From a virus (Duplodnaviria > Caudoviricetes): a stretch of 64,000 nucleotides of DNA. The notes under the pieces were generated by a model. It was not told the DNA's origin and ran no database searches. It saw only the letters and a program-made list of their open reading frames with translations. The position numbers and the translations under genes are program-made. The stretch covers positions 1 through 64,000 of the IMG/VR virus record IMGVR_UViG_3300011217_000001. One strand, given 5' to 3'. Within the stretch, counting starts at the first letter, position 1; each line of letters starts with the position of its first letter. This document shows, piece by piece, positions 37,910 to 48,661 of the stretch.

Positions 37910-40900
37910 ATGGCTTCGACGAACGACAGAAAGAACAAGAAGGGTCCGCCGCCCAACAAGAACGCCCGCAATAACAAAGTGGACGATTCTGGGCTGGACC
38001 TCGGCGATTTCGACTTTGGCTTGGATGAATTCGACTTCAAGCCGGAGAAGGACAATCGCCGCCCGACGACCAAACTGGCCGCCGGCATGTACGAGGGCGC
38101 AAAGTCGACGGTCTCCGACAAGCATTTCATCGAGGACTTCATCAAGCGTGCCCTGCCCGACGGTTACGGTCAAGCGTTCAATGTTGCCGATTCGACGTGG
38201 TCGTCCACCAAGGATCTATACAATAACGCCGCCACCGAAATGCGGGCACCGCTGAAAGAGATTCAGCGCACCTCCAAAAAATTGCTCGCATCTGTAGAAA
38301 ATGTCATCCCCGAGAAGCTGTATTCGCGGATCGACAAACTGCTGACCGAGAAGGAGTCCTACTTCGACAATGCGCGTTCCGAACAGGATCGTCGCAAGGA
38401 GCAGGACGACAACGAGATCAACACCACCATTGGTGAGATCTTCAAGGAAAACATGCGGGCTTCCGAAGCCGTCTACGCCCACCAGAAGGTGGACAGGACG
38501 ATTCGTGAGAAGGTCGAGGACGACCAGCACAACAACTCACTGTTGCAGCTGGAAACCACTCGCGCCGGCATCGACCGCATGGTCTCCTTCCAGGACAACT
38601 TCACTGCTCGCTATCAGCGCAAGTCGCTGGAGCTGCAGTTCAAGCAGTTGTTCATGATGCGAGATCTGACCGACGTCACGATCAAGTCCAGTGAGCTGAG
38701 CAACAAGTTCCTGGAGAGCATCACCAAGAACACCGCGTTGCCCGATGCGGTGAAGATCAAGACCGCAGAAGTCAACCGACAGATGCTGAAGCAGCGTCTG
38801 ATCGGTGGTGTGCAGAACAAGGCCTCTGAGTATGTTCGTGGTTTCGGCAAGCAGCTGAAGTCCAACATCCAGAACGTGATGACCACCTATACCCGCCAGA
38901 TGATGGAAGGGTTCAACATGGGTCGGCAGTTGGCCGAGTCCATGGAGTCTGCCAAGGAGTTTGGCGACGGGGGTGGTCCGCACGAGATGATCGGCGGGAT
39001 GGTTGGCGGCGAGTTGGCAGAGCAGGCAGGTTATCGCTTCGCTCAGTTCGTCTCCCAGATCACCGACCAGATGCCGGAACTGAAGCGTGGCGGCAGTGCG
39101 CTGAAGTATTTCACCACCGGCATTCCGGAGATGTTCAACGAGCTGGCTCAGCGTGGCACCACGCAGACCGGTTGGAAGGGTACGCTGGCTCGTATGGCAC
39201 AGCAGCTGATCCCGACCCACATGCTCAACTCCAGCCTCGGCGATTCGCCGATCTTGGACAGTGACACGCACAGCGGCTTCACCAATGGCGCCAATCGTGC
39301 GTTGATCGAAGTCATCCCCGGATACCTGTCGCGCATCTTGCACGCACAGCGGGTGATGATGTCCAAGAACCCGAATATCAAGCGCATCGTCTACAACGCC
39401 GACCGTGGCTCTTTCACGACCAAGGATGAGGCAGTCAAGGACGCAGCGTGGCGTATGTTCGGCGAGGCTAACACCACCGGTGCTCGCAACAGCTTGGGCG
39501 AGTTCGTCAATTCGGTTGCGGGTAATAACAAGATCTCTCCGGCGGCGGAAGGTGCCCTGAAAGATCAGCTGATGCGAGACTCTCTGAGTGCCAACCCTTG
39601 GAGTGTCAGCAACTACGCCAACAAGGACTACTACGACGAGAAGCTGGCTCCGCAGATCAGGCAGGAAATTGCCGACCTATTTGCGCAAGCCATGGGGATG
39701 GGTCAGGGTGAGAAGTTCGACGTCCGCATCCATGACGTCAATCGAGCTTCCAAGCTGCGTGAGAAGTACACCGCAATGCGCAACAACCTCGACGATCCCC
39801 GTGACAAGACCAAGGGGTATATCGAGGCAGGTCAGCGTGAGCTGATGGAAGCGCTGGGACTGATCGAGAAGGGCGGTTTGACTGGTCGCATGAACTATAA
39901 CGAAGCGTTCCGACGCATTCGTGACGCCAATGCAACCACCGAATATCCCGATGAGGTATGGGAACTGGCTGAGCAGTCGGGCGTACCGGCGGCTCTGGTG
40001 GCAAAGGTCATCGCACCGGCCACCCCTGCTCCGATCGGCGCAGCAACTCCGCCCTCGCGTGCAACCATCAATAGTGGTCGCCGAGCCAAGGGTATCTCCA
40101 AGCGTCGCCAGAAGATCATGGACCAGCGGGCTGTTGAAGCTGCTGAACCACCGGTTGGCGCAGGCCATGGTAAGGTCAACGCTCGTGACATCATTACCAG
40201 CATCAATGAATCGGTGACTGGTGAGGGTGAGCTGATCTCCGCAATCCGTGCCAACAACATCACTGCGCAGGCAACCACCACGGTGGAACTGCTGGGTGAC
40301 ATCCGCGAGATGCTGGCCTCTGGTCAGTTTGGCGGTGGTGGTGGTAGCGGTGGCCCTCCTCCGCTCCCGGGTGCGTACACCCGCCGCAAGGGCTTCTGGG
40401 GCGGCACTGAGCATGCCTTCCGTTGGATCGGTGGTAAGCTGGCTGCCGGTGGTCGCGCGGCCGGTACTGGCGCTGGTATGGCATGGCGTGGCGGCAGGAC
40501 TGCTGGCAGCTTCCTCGGTCGTATGCTGGGTAGTCTGGGTAGCGCTGCGTGGACGGGTGTAAAGGGCGCTGCCGGTATCGGCTGGGCTGCTGGCGCCAAC
40601 TCCGCAGAGGCCGCACTGAACTACATCTCCGACGTCCGTGACAAGCAGGGACGCGTGTTGCTGGAAGCTCGCCTGATGCGTTTGGGTGAATACTTCGATG
40701 CAACCACGGGCAAGGTGATTACCAAGCTGTCGGATATCCGTGGTCCGGTCAAGGACAAGTCTGGCAACATCGTCCTGACCGCCTACGACTTCGATCAGCA
40801 GCTTTACAACAGCAATGGGCAGCGCGTCCTGGCAGGTCTGACTGCTGGCGGGCGTGGCTTCCTGAAGGCGCTGGGGTGGACGAGCACTGCTCCGTTCCGC

Positions 40901-43900
40901 GCTGGCAACTTCGTCCGCACCACGATCAACGGCGCACTGGCTCGCATGGATGCCGAGAAGGACATCTACGTTCGCGGTGAACCGCAGGCACCTCGCCTGT
41001 TGGCCATCAAGATCAAGTCCGGCAACTACTTCGTCCAGGATGGCGATGCTGGCACCAAGATCGTGATGAGCTGGCGTGACTGTACCAATACCGTCATGGA
41101 CAGCGATGGCAACATCGTACTGACCACCGACGATATCAAGCGCGGCCTGGTGGATGTCAACGGTCTTCCGTTCGGCCTGACACTGGGTGGTCGCATCGGT
41201 CACGCTGCGGTGAACGTGGCTCTGAACATTGCTGCACGTCTGAGCAAGTTCACCAAGTGGGCAGTTGCTGCTCCGAAGAAACTGATGGACTTCCTGTCCG
41301 GTGTTCGTCTGGATAGCATCACCAACGTCTTCGTCGGCGTGGGTAGCTATATCGGCGACCAGCTGCAGAACCAGCTGGATGTGCAGAACAAGCAGCTGAA
41401 CGTTCTGCAGAACATCTACGAGTTGCTTGATGCGCGTCTGCCCAAGCCGGTGTTCGGTGATACCGACGGTGACGGCCTGCGCGATGGCAGCTGGCAGGAG
41501 AAGGAAAAGAACGGCGGTGGTGACGGGGAGGATGCCCGCGACCGTCCGGGTCATACTGGCAAGGCCTCGTCCAAGGACAACATCGTCGCCAACATGTTTG
41601 GTATCGGTGGTAAGGTCAAGGGCCTGTGGAACAAGCTCTTCGGTAAGAAGGGTGGTGGCGGTGGGGATGGTGACGGTGACTGCGGTTGTGGTTGCTGTGG
41701 CTGTGATGGCGAGGGCGGCGGTAGCGACTTCTACGTCGATGCCGATGGTCGCAAGCGTCGTCGTTCTCGTGCGCCGAGGAAGGACACCAAGGGTCGTAAG
41801 CGTGGTGGTTGGCGCCGTAACCGCGCAGCTCGCGCTGCTCGTTTCCGTCGTCGCCGTGGCCTGCCGGCTCGTCCGCGTACGGGTGCTACTCCGCGTGTTG
41901 TTCGCCCGCCGCCGCTGCCCGGTGTACGTCGTGCTCCGCGCTTTGGTCGCCTGGGTCGTGGTCTGGCTCGCTTCCGCCCGCGTGGTGCAAGTCTGGGTGG
42001 TATCGCTACGGGCGTAGCCATGGGTCTGGGTGGTAGCTATCTGGTTGACAAACTGGGTGGCGATGACTCGACCGGCGGTAAGATCGTCAACGGTGTGGCC
42101 GATACCGCAGGAATGGTGTCGACCGGCATGATGGCAGCTTCGGCAGCCTCCACGCTCACCGGTGGCGCTGCGGCTGGTACTGCGGCGGCTGGTACTGCTG
42201 CTGCGGCTGGTGGCGCTGGCACTGCGGCTACGGTCGCAGGTGGCGGCGTCATGGCGACCATTGGTCTGCCTGTGCTTGCAGTGGCTGCTGTTGCCGCTGC
42301 AGTCGGCTACGTCGGTTATAAGGCGTGGAAGAAGTACAAGTACGGCACCTACGTCCCGGTCCGTGCATTCCGTATGGCGCAGTACGGTGTGGGTTACAAG
42401 GATGCCAGTGGGGTCGAGAAGATCGTCGACTTCGAGCAGATGGTTGCCCCGCACACCAAGATGGTAAACGGTGTGTTGGACATCTCCGCAGAGAAGTTGT
42501 CGATGAAGGAGATCTACGAGCACTTCGGTCTGGACGACGGCTGGTTCACCAACAATCAGGAAGAGCGCAATCTGTTCGATGTGTGGCTGACTCGTCGATT
42601 CAAGCCGGTGTACTTGGCTTGGTTCCAGGCGATGAAGACCATTGCGCCGAACGTGGCTCTGAATGATGCGGACGACTCGCTGGACAAGGACAAGAAGCTC
42701 GAACTGGTGAAGGCGGGTTCGAAGGTTGGTCCCGATCCCCTGCAGGTTACCGCAGGTCCGTTCGGTGAACCGCTGGAGATGAAGGCAGCTGACGTTGACC
42801 GGGCACTGAACCTGGCTATCGCTCGAATCGAGCAGGATGGCAAGGGAATCCTCAGTGGCATGAAGCGCATCTCCGATGCGTCGATGGCCCTGACGCCCGG
42901 CATGAGTACGTTGATGTCCCCGCTGACCGATTGGGCTGACAAGCGTCAGGAAGACGCTGATATGGAAATGGCTGCTCGCGCAAGGGAGCAGGCGAAGAAC
43001 AAGCCCAATGTGACCGCACCTGGAGCCAACGGCGCGTCCGTCTCCGCAGGCAATGCTGCCATCACCTGGAACAACGGTGTCCCGACGGCAACCGCAGGCG
43101 GGGTGAGCGCAACGCCACCTGGTTTCATGAACATGCAATACAAGCCCGGCCAAGGACTGGCGGCGGCTCCTCCGATGGCACCCATCATGCTCAACGGCAC
43201 GATGCAGTTGGTTCTGGATCGAGAGGCTTCTGATCTGGAAGGTACTTACGGCACGCTGAAGCTGCCTGACGGTACGGTGTTCCAAACGCTGGAGTTGCCA
43301 TGGAAGAATAATGCGGCCCGAGTGTCGTGTATCCCAACGGGTGTCTACAAGTGTGCTCGTCGTCAGACAACGTCATTCGGTTACGCCTACGAGGTTTACG
43401 GCGTGCCGGGACGTTCGGCAATTCTGATCCACGCCGGTAACTCGGCAGGGTCGGCAGAGCACGGTAAGAAGGCTGACTCCCAGGGTTGTATCCTCCTGGG
43501 TATGGGGCGTGGTCGCTCTGGTACTCAAAAGACCATTACCAACTCGCAGGCAGCGATGAAGCTGTTCTACGAGAAGATGGCCGGACGACCGTTCCAGATG
43601 GCGATCATTGGTGGTATGGCGTGCATCGACCCCAACGCTGTGCGTGAAGCCAATCAGAACAAGCAGGCCAACTCTGCGTACAACACCACTCCGGCTCAGG
43701 CTTCGGCCGATGCAGCAGCGGCAGCGGCGCGGACGGCAGCAGGTTCTGCAGGGACGAGCGGGGCGCCGACCTCGGCTAGCACTCCGTACTCGTTCATGAA
43801 CACGGCTTACGCGCCTGGCTCAGGTATGGGTTCGGGTGGTCCTGCGATGATGAACACCGGCTACCAGGCTGGTAACTACTCCAACCCCGGTCCGATGGGG

Positions 43901-45175
43901 CAGACGGTAGATCATCCGGGTAACGGTACGGGCGGTAGTGTCAATGACCTCCCCATGCCGCCACCTGGTGCAGTGGGTGCGAAGGCTATCGGTCCGCTGA
44001 TCATCGCGGCCGCTAAGATGGCTGGTGTTGATCCGAAGTTGATGATGACCATGGCGTCGATTGAGTCGGGCTTCCGTCCGCAGGTCGGCGCAGGCACGTC
44101 CTCAGCCAAGGGTCTGTATCAGTTCATCAACAGCACCTGGCAGTCGATGCTGAAGAAGTATGGTGCGAAGTACGGCATCTCGCCGGATGCGCATCAGTTC
44201 GATGCTCGTGCCAACGCTCTGATGGGTGCCGAGTTCCTGAAGGAGAATGCTGCGATGTTGCGTAAGAGCATCGGGCGTGAACCGACGGATACCGATCTGT
44301 ACATGGCGCACTTCATGGGCGCTGGTGGTGCTGTCAGTGCACTGCGTTCGCCTTCCGAGGCGATTGGTGCACAGGCGATGCCGGCAGCGGCAAGTGCCAA
44401 CCGCAACATCTACTTCGAGCGTGACGGTCGTCCCAAGACGATGGGTGGCGTGATTGCCCATCTGGACAAGCTGGTACGGGGCCATCGCTACGGTTCGAGT
44501 GACATTGCGGCCATCGGTGCGGGTAGCTTCAACACCCGTTCTGGTGAAGGCGACACGGGGCAGGCGGCCAGCTACACGGCCAGTGCCATGCCTCCTTCGG
44601 CTACCGGAGCTCCCAACCCTGCGCTGGCTATGGCAGGAGCGCCTCCGGCTGGAGCCAACGCAACTCCGGCCCAGTACGTCGAAGCACCGCGTCCGGCAAA
44701 CCCGGCAGGCAATGATCAGGGTGCTGGTGGTACGGGATTGGTCAGTGCTGGTACGGCCAACTCCGATCCGCAGGCTCAGATGCAGCAAGCGGCTTATCGT
44801 CAGTCTTACGAGGCAGACGTGAACAGCCGTGCCGTTCAGAGTGCTCAGCAGGCTCAGACCGGTGGCGTGATGGAAATCATGAACAGGCAGCTGTTGGTGA
44901 TGCGTTCCATGGAAGGGCACCTGCGCGACATCAGCACGAAGATGGGTAACAATCCGGCAGCTCTCAAAATGCCAGCCCAATCTTCTGAAGAGCCCACTCC
45001 TGAGGCAGCACCCACCCCCGCTGCACCGCCCGCAAGGACGGTGGAAAAGGATGGCTTGATGGTACAGCAGAGCACTCGCTCCAAGCGGGAAGCGGCTCGC
45101 CGTGAAGCCAACCTGAATGCAGCCCAGAACTCGACCCCTGTGGTTGACTTTGGTCTGCGCAGCGACGTGGCATAA
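37910..45175 (+). CDS. Large tail protein (phiKZ gp181-like, tape-measure/tail-tip) with DUF5675-like and lytic transglycosylase domains
   Basis: ~2421 aa from ATG 37910; YQRKSLELQF, KNTALPDAVK and EVIPGYLSRI; SLT motifs IESGF, AKGLYQFINSTW and LYMAHFMGAGG. Confidence 0.88.
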   Translation: MASTNDRKNKKGPPPNKNARNNKVDDSGLDLGDFDFGLDEFDFKPEKDNRRPTTKLAAGMYEGAKSTVSDKHFIEDFIKRALPDGYGQAFNVADSTWSSTKDLYNNAATEMRAPLKEIQRTSKKLLASVENVIPEKLYSRIDKLLTEKESYFDNARSEQDRRKEQDDNEINTTIGEIFKENMRASEAVYAHQKVDRTIREKVEDDQHNNSLLQLETTRAGIDRMVSFQDNFTARYQRKSLELQFKQLFMMRDLTDVTIKSSELSNKFLESITKNTALPDAVKIKTAEVNRQMLKQRLIGGVQNKASEYVRGFGKQLKSNIQNVMTTYTRQMMEGFNMGRQLAESMESAKEFGDGGGPHEMIGGMVGGELAEQAGYRFAQFVSQITDQMPELKRGGSALKYFTTGIPEMFNELAQRGTTQTGWKGTLARMAQQLIPTHMLNSSLGDSPILDSDTHSGFTNGANRALIEVIPGYLSRILHAQRVMMSKNPNIKRIVYNADRGSFTTKDEAVKDAAWRMFGEANTTGARNSLGEFVNSVAGNNKISPAAEGALKDQLMRDSLSANPWSVSNYANKDYYDEKLAPQIRQEIADLFAQAMGMGQGEKFDVRIHDVNRASKLREKYTAMRNNLDDPRDKTKGYIEAGQRELMEALGLIEKGGLTGRMNYNEAFRRIRDANATTEYPDEVWELAEQSGVPAALVAKVIAPATPAPIGAATPPSRATINSGRRAKGISKRRQKIMDQRAVEAAEPPVGAGHGKVNARDIITSINESVTGEGELISAIRANNITAQATTTVELLGDIREMLASGQFGGGGGSGGPPPLPGAYTRRKGFWGGTEHAFRWIGGKLAAGGRAAGTGAGMAWRGGRTAGSFLGRMLGSLGSAAWTGVKGAAGIGWAAGANSAEAALNYISDVRDKQGRVLLEARLMRLGEYFDATTGKVITKLSDIRGPVKDKSGNIVLTAYDFDQQLYNSNGQRVLAGLTAGGRGFLKALGWTSTAPFRAGNFVRTTINGALARMDAEKDIYVRGEPQAPRLLAIKIKSGNYFVQDGDAGTKIVMSWRDCTNTVMDSDGNIVLTTDDIKRGLVDVNGLPFGLTLGGRIGHAAVNVALNIAARLSKFTKWAVAAPKKLMDFLSGVRLDSITNVFVGVGSYIGDQLQNQLDVQNKQLNVLQNIYELLDARLPKPVFGDTDGDGLRDGSWQEKEKNGGGDGEDARDRPGHTGKASSKDNIVANMFGIGGKVKGLWNKLFGKKGGGGGDGDGDCGCGCCGCDGEGGGSDFYVDADGRKRRRSRAPRKDTKGRKRGGWRRNRAARAARFRRRRGLPARPRTGATPRVVRPPPLPGVRRAPRFGRLGRGLARFRPRGASLGGIATGVAMGLGGSYLVDKLGGDDSTGGKIVNGVADTAGMVSTGMMAASAASTLTGGAAAGTAAAGTAAAAGGAGTAATVAGGGVMATIGLPVLAVAAVAAAVGYVGYKAWKKYKYGTYVPVRAFRMAQYGVGYKDASGVEKIVDFEQMVAPHTKMVNGVLDISAEKLSMKEIYEHFGLDDGWFTNNQEERNLFDVWLTRRFKPVYLAWFQAMKTIAPNVALNDADDSLDKDKKLELVKAGSKVGPDPLQVTAGPFGEPLEMKAADVDRALNLAIARIEQDGKGILSGMKRISDASMALTPGMSTLMSPLTDWADKRQEDADMEMAARAREQAKNKPNVTAPGANGASVSAGNAAITWNNGVPTATAGGVSATPPGFMNMQYKPGQGLAAAPPMAPIMLNGTMQLVLDREASDLEGTYGTLKLPDGTVFQTLELPWKNNAARVSCIPTGVYKCARRQTTSFGYAYEVYGVPGRSAILIHAGNSAGSAEHGKKADSQGCILLGMGRGRSGTQKTITNSQAAMKLFYEKMAGRPFQMAIIGGMACIDPNAVREANQNKQANSAYNTTPAQASADAAAAAARTAAGSAGTSGAPTSASTPYSFMNTAYAPGSGMGSGGPAMMNTGYQAGNYSNPGPMGQTVDHPGNGTGGSVNDLPMPPPGAVGAKAIGPLIIAAAKMAGVDPKLMMTMASIESGFRPQVGAGTSSAKGLYQFINSTWQSMLKKYGAKYGISPDAHQFDARANALMGAEFLKENAAMLRKSIGREPTDTDLYMAHFMGAGGAVSALRSPSEAIGAQAMPAAASANRNIYFERDGRPKTMGGVIAHLDKLVRGHRYGSSDIAAIGAGSFNTRSGEGDTGQAASYTASAMPPSATGAPNPALAMAGAPPAGANATPAQYVEAPRPANPAGNDQGAGGTGLVSAGTANSDPQAQMQQAAYRQSYEADVNSRAVQSAQQAQTGGVMEIMNRQLLVMRSMEGHLRDISTKMGNNPAALKMPAQSSEEPTPEAAPTPAAPPARTVEKDGLMVQQSTRSKREAARREANLNAAQNSTPVVDFGLRSDVA

Positions 45176-45219
45176 AGTGGAAAGGGGCGGGGGGAAACCT
45201 CCGCCCCTACTTTTTTTTT
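45169..45219 (+). terminator. Intrinsic terminator (also carries GGCATA on its left)
   Basis: AGGGGCGG...CCGCCCCT followed by a T run. Confidence 0.7.
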
Positions 45220-45240
45220 CTTTTGACATGAGAACCCAAG

Positions 45241-47391
45241 ATGGCAACCCTTAACCGTCACGATCGCGACTGGATGCGTCAGACTTTTCTCGTCTCCGCT
45301 GAAAAGATGGACGACATTGAGTTTGAACGCCGCACGTTGCGCGAGGTGGACTTCGGGTTCACCGATACCACATTGGGCGGCAACTTTGTCATCAACCCTC
45401 CACCGCAGCTTACCCGTACTGCGGACGTCAAGGCCTACGGTATCACCGCATTCGGTGCCAAGGGTTTTGAAAACAAGGGTATGGGTCGGTGGTACGAAGA
45501 AGCCATCGATAGTCGCTCGCAGCGTTTGTATATTCGCTTCGGCGTACCTCAGTTCAACTCGCTGTTGAACTTCTTCGCGAACATGTACAGTCCCGGCATG
45601 GCAATCATGGCACGCACTGGTCGTGTGCCTGGCGTCATGTACGAGGCTGGCAAGATGGTGGGTACAGTGGCCACGCTACCTGCCCAGCCGATGATCATGG
45701 TCAACCGCGCACTCAACTACATGCTCGGCAAGCCATCCAGCCGGTTCTACTCGCTGAATCAGGCAATGCCGCTGTACTGGGATGCAGTCAACACGATCGT
45801 CAATGGACTGGCAACCAACATGGGGATCATTCCCCGCGCCATGACGGTAGAGGAGCAGACGCGCTGGGCAGATGACCGCTCGACCTTCACCTCCGACGAC
45901 ATGAAGGCGTACTACGAAGTCCAGCCGGATATCTTCCATCGCTGGGGTGGTATCGACGTCTACTGGATCGCGGGCAAGGCGCAGCGCAAGGCCAACCTGT
46001 TCAACGAGCAGCTTGACCGTGTGATGGACAGTAACTACCGGGGCAAGGGTTTCAAGGACGACCTGCCTGGTAAGGACACTCCGTTCATGGCACGCTTCGG
46101 CGCGGCCATGAAGAATATCTACGGCGCCTACGCTTCCCCGACCAATCCGAAGAGCTACTTCTTGCAGGATCCAAAGGACGGTGGTGCTGGCGTTGATGCG
46201 AAGTGGACGGCAGCCAATGCGTACCTGAAAGCATACGCAGATCGAGCCGATCGCGCGTTCGCCATCAAGAACGCTGACGCAGTCGAGCAGGGCTCGGACA
46301 AGGTCGGTATGGAGAACGGTCAGAAGGCGAAGTGGTGGGATGCCATGACCTCCTTCTTCCACGGCGAGAATCAGGACGGTTCGCAGTTCCTGGGCTTGCG
46401 TGTGGACTACACCGGTCCGACTCAGCTGAGCATCTCCAACGAGGCAGGTGAGTCGGAGATCTCCCAGAAGATCAACTCGATCGCTTCGGCCAACCGAGCC
46501 GCACGTACCAACCTCGCCGATGGTAAGTTGTTCGGCGGTGTTGCAGGTGAGGCCGTAGGTGCTGTTACGCAGGGCGCGTCTGACTTCATTGCAGGCGCTG
46601 CTGACAAGTTCGGCATGGCTGGCGCCGCTGCACTGGCAGGTAATGCCCAGATCGAAATCCCCAAGGTCTGGATGTCCTCCCGCGCCTCGCTGCCCCGCAT
46701 GGACTTCTCCTTGACCCTGCGTTCGGCATATGGCAACAAGATGGCGCGCCTGCTCCATCTGTACGTCCCCCTGGCCTGCATCCTCGCCGGCGGTTCTCCG
46801 CTGGCTACGGGTAAGCAGTCCTACACCTCGCCGTTCCTGTGTGAGGCGTACTGCCGTGGCATGATGCAGTCGCGTCTGGCGATGATGGACAACATCAACG
46901 TCACGCACGGCGCCGGCAACATCGGCTTCACCGAAGACTTCGAGCCGCTGCAGTTGGACGTGTCGTTCTCGATGGTCGATCTGTCCACCGTGTTCTTCAT
47001 GCCCATCGCTCCTCAGGGTTCGTGGGAAGCTACCGCTGCAGTTGCTGCGGGCCAGATGGCAGCCACCACCCCGGTTGGTAACACGATCGGTAATGCTGTG
47101 GGTGGCTTGACTGGCACCGACAATGCGGGTGAGGCCCTGGGTCAGTTGGCCGTTCTTGGCCTGGGCTCTACCTGGGACGATGAGAACATGCTCACTGACT
47201 ACTTGGCACTGCTGGGTGGTCTGTCGCTACAGGATCAGACCTCTGCGGGTCGCCGTCTGAAGCTGGCCATTACCCGTCAGATGGTGGCAGGTAAGAACTG
47301 GATCGCTCCGTCGCGTATTGGTGTCCACGCTATGGGCTCCAAGCCGGGTCGACTGATCTCCATTCTGTACCGTGGTTCGGATCGTCCGTAA
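45241..47391 (+). CDS. Tail/baseplate structural protein (phiKZ gp182-like)
   Basis: 716 aa; FTDTTLGGNFVINPPPQ, GMGRWYEEAID, RFGVPQFN and SYTSPFLC motifs; synteny. Confidence 0.78.
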   Translation: MATLNRHDRDWMRQTFLVSAEKMDDIEFERRTLREVDFGFTDTTLGGNFVINPPPQLTRTADVKAYGITAFGAKGFENKGMGRWYEEAIDSRSQRLYIRFGVPQFNSLLNFFANMYSPGMAIMARTGRVPGVMYEAGKMVGTVATLPAQPMIMVNRALNYMLGKPSSRFYSLNQAMPLYWDAVNTIVNGLATNMGIIPRAMTVEEQTRWADDRSTFTSDDMKAYYEVQPDIFHRWGGIDVYWIAGKAQRKANLFNEQLDRVMDSNYRGKGFKDDLPGKDTPFMARFGAAMKNIYGAYASPTNPKSYFLQDPKDGGAGVDAKWTAANAYLKAYADRADRAFAIKNADAVEQGSDKVGMENGQKAKWWDAMTSFFHGENQDGSQFLGLRVDYTGPTQLSISNEAGESEISQKINSIASANRAARTNLADGKLFGGVAGEAVGAVTQGASDFIAGAADKFGMAGAAALAGNAQIEIPKVWMSSRASLPRMDFSLTLRSAYGNKMARLLHLYVPLACILAGGSPLATGKQSYTSPFLCEAYCRGMMQSRLAMMDNINVTHGAGNIGFTEDFEPLQLDVSFSMVDLSTVFFMPIAPQGSWEATAAVAAGQMAATTPVGNTIGNAVGGLTGTDNAGEALGQLAVLGLGSTWDDENMLTDYLALLGGLSLQDQTSAGRRLKLAITRQMVAGKNWIAPSRIGVHAMGSKPGRLISILYRGSDRP

Positions 47392-47393
47392 AG

Positions 47394-47430
47394 GGCATAC
47401 GAGGAGGGGCTTTCGCCCCTCCTCTATGTC
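47394..47430. terminator. Bidirectional hairpin flanked by GGCATA and TATGTC
   Basis: GAGGAGGGGC-tttc-GCCCCTCCTC between convergent genes. Confidence 0.7.
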
Positions 47431-47431
47431 G

Positions 47432-48661
47432 TCAACCAAATTCGGGAGCGAACGGGAAATAGTCCAGCACCTGATCCTTGACCGCCACGTTGGGGAACAA
47501 GGGAGCCAGCAGGATGGCCGTCTCGAAGCGTTCGTCCCAACGGAATACCGTCAGGGCATCACCACTGGCTTCAGAGAAAGCAGTGATGTCAATCACAGCC
47601 GAACCATTGCGATCGGTGTACCACCAGTTCTCCTGCATCAGACCCAGCACGTCCCGCAGCGTGGCGCACTCAGCCTGTTCCTGTTCCTGTGTGCAGGGGA
47701 TCGGCTTGCGGTAGTTACGCATGATCATCTCGCAAGCGTCCGGATAACGCGCACAGATGACCTTGCCGGGAACTACCGAGAGCATGTACCAGATCGCCGT
47801 CAAATCAGCAACAGCAGCCGCCTGAGGGAAAATCCCCAGTACCACTTCCTTACGACTCTCCGGCTCGATGTTGGCCAACATGTCCTTGAGCTGGTTGGAC
47901 ATGCCAGTGGCAACCATGTCCTTACCGGTAGCCGTGGCCACGGCCTGCTCAGCTTCAAGATCGACGACCTTGATCGAATCATCACTGCCACCAGTGAGCG
48001 CCTTGATGCCCTTGGCAGAGTCAACGAACTCACGTCCGTCCTTGTCCTTGAAACGAGCGATACTGATGTTGCCGAAGGAGTCCTTGGAGATGACCTTCAG
48101 GTTGTTCTTCAGCAGGTTGGTGTTACCCAGTGCATCCTGCTTGACACTGTCCTTCAGGTTGGAGAAGTTGAAGCCTTTCTCCGAAACCGAGCTAGCCAGA
48201 CGATCGCCGAGGAACCCAGCGTTTTCGCGCAGGTAGCTCTTGGTCGCATTGGCAAACCCAGACTTGACGTCACCAGCAAGATTCTTCTTGATGTCCGTCA
48301 GGTTGTTCTTGAGCTTCTTGGCCTCGTTGACCATGCCCTTGGCGATACCCACCGCCTTACGGGCTGTCTCCACGCCCTTCTTGACAGTGGCGATACCGTT
48401 CTTGACGGCCTTCAGTGCCGCCGAGTTCTTGACGGCATCGATCTTACTTTTAACCGCAGAGATCTTGCCCTTGACGTCAGCCAGCTTACCCAGTTTGGAA
48501 CCAAAGGCGCCCAGCTTACCAGTCAGGCCACCTGCCATGCCTGCCAGCTTGGAGGTGATGTTGTTGCGAGATACGGTATCGGCAATCTTGTACGGGTCAA
48601 CCGTCAAGATCTTATCTTTGGCACCCTTGGAGAAAATGGTGCTAGCAAGGCGCTTGGCCAT
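47432..48661 (-). CDS. Putative virion protein with Lys/Ala-rich amphipathic N-terminal half
   Basis: 409-aa ORF with typical codon usage; the function is inferred from context only. Confidence 0.6.
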   Translation of the reverse strand: MAKRLASTIFSKGAKDKILTVDPYKIADTVSRNNITSKLAGMAGGLTGKLGAFGSKLGKLADVKGKISAVKSKIDAVKNSAALKAVKNGIATVKKGVETARKAVGIAKGMVNEAKKLKNNLTDIKKNLAGDVKSGFANATKSYLRENAGFLGDRLASSVSEKGFNFSNLKDSVKQDALGNTNLLKNNLKVISKDSFGNISIARFKDKDGREFVDSAKGIKALTGGSDDSIKVVDLEAEQAVATATGKDMVATGMSNQLKDMLANIEPESRKEVVLGIFPQAAAVADLTAIWYMLSVVPGKVICARYPDACEMIMRNYRKPIPCTQEQEQAECATLRDVLGLMQENWWYTDRNGSAVIDITAFSEASGDALTVFRWDERFETAILLAPLFPNVAVKDQVLDYFPFAPEFG

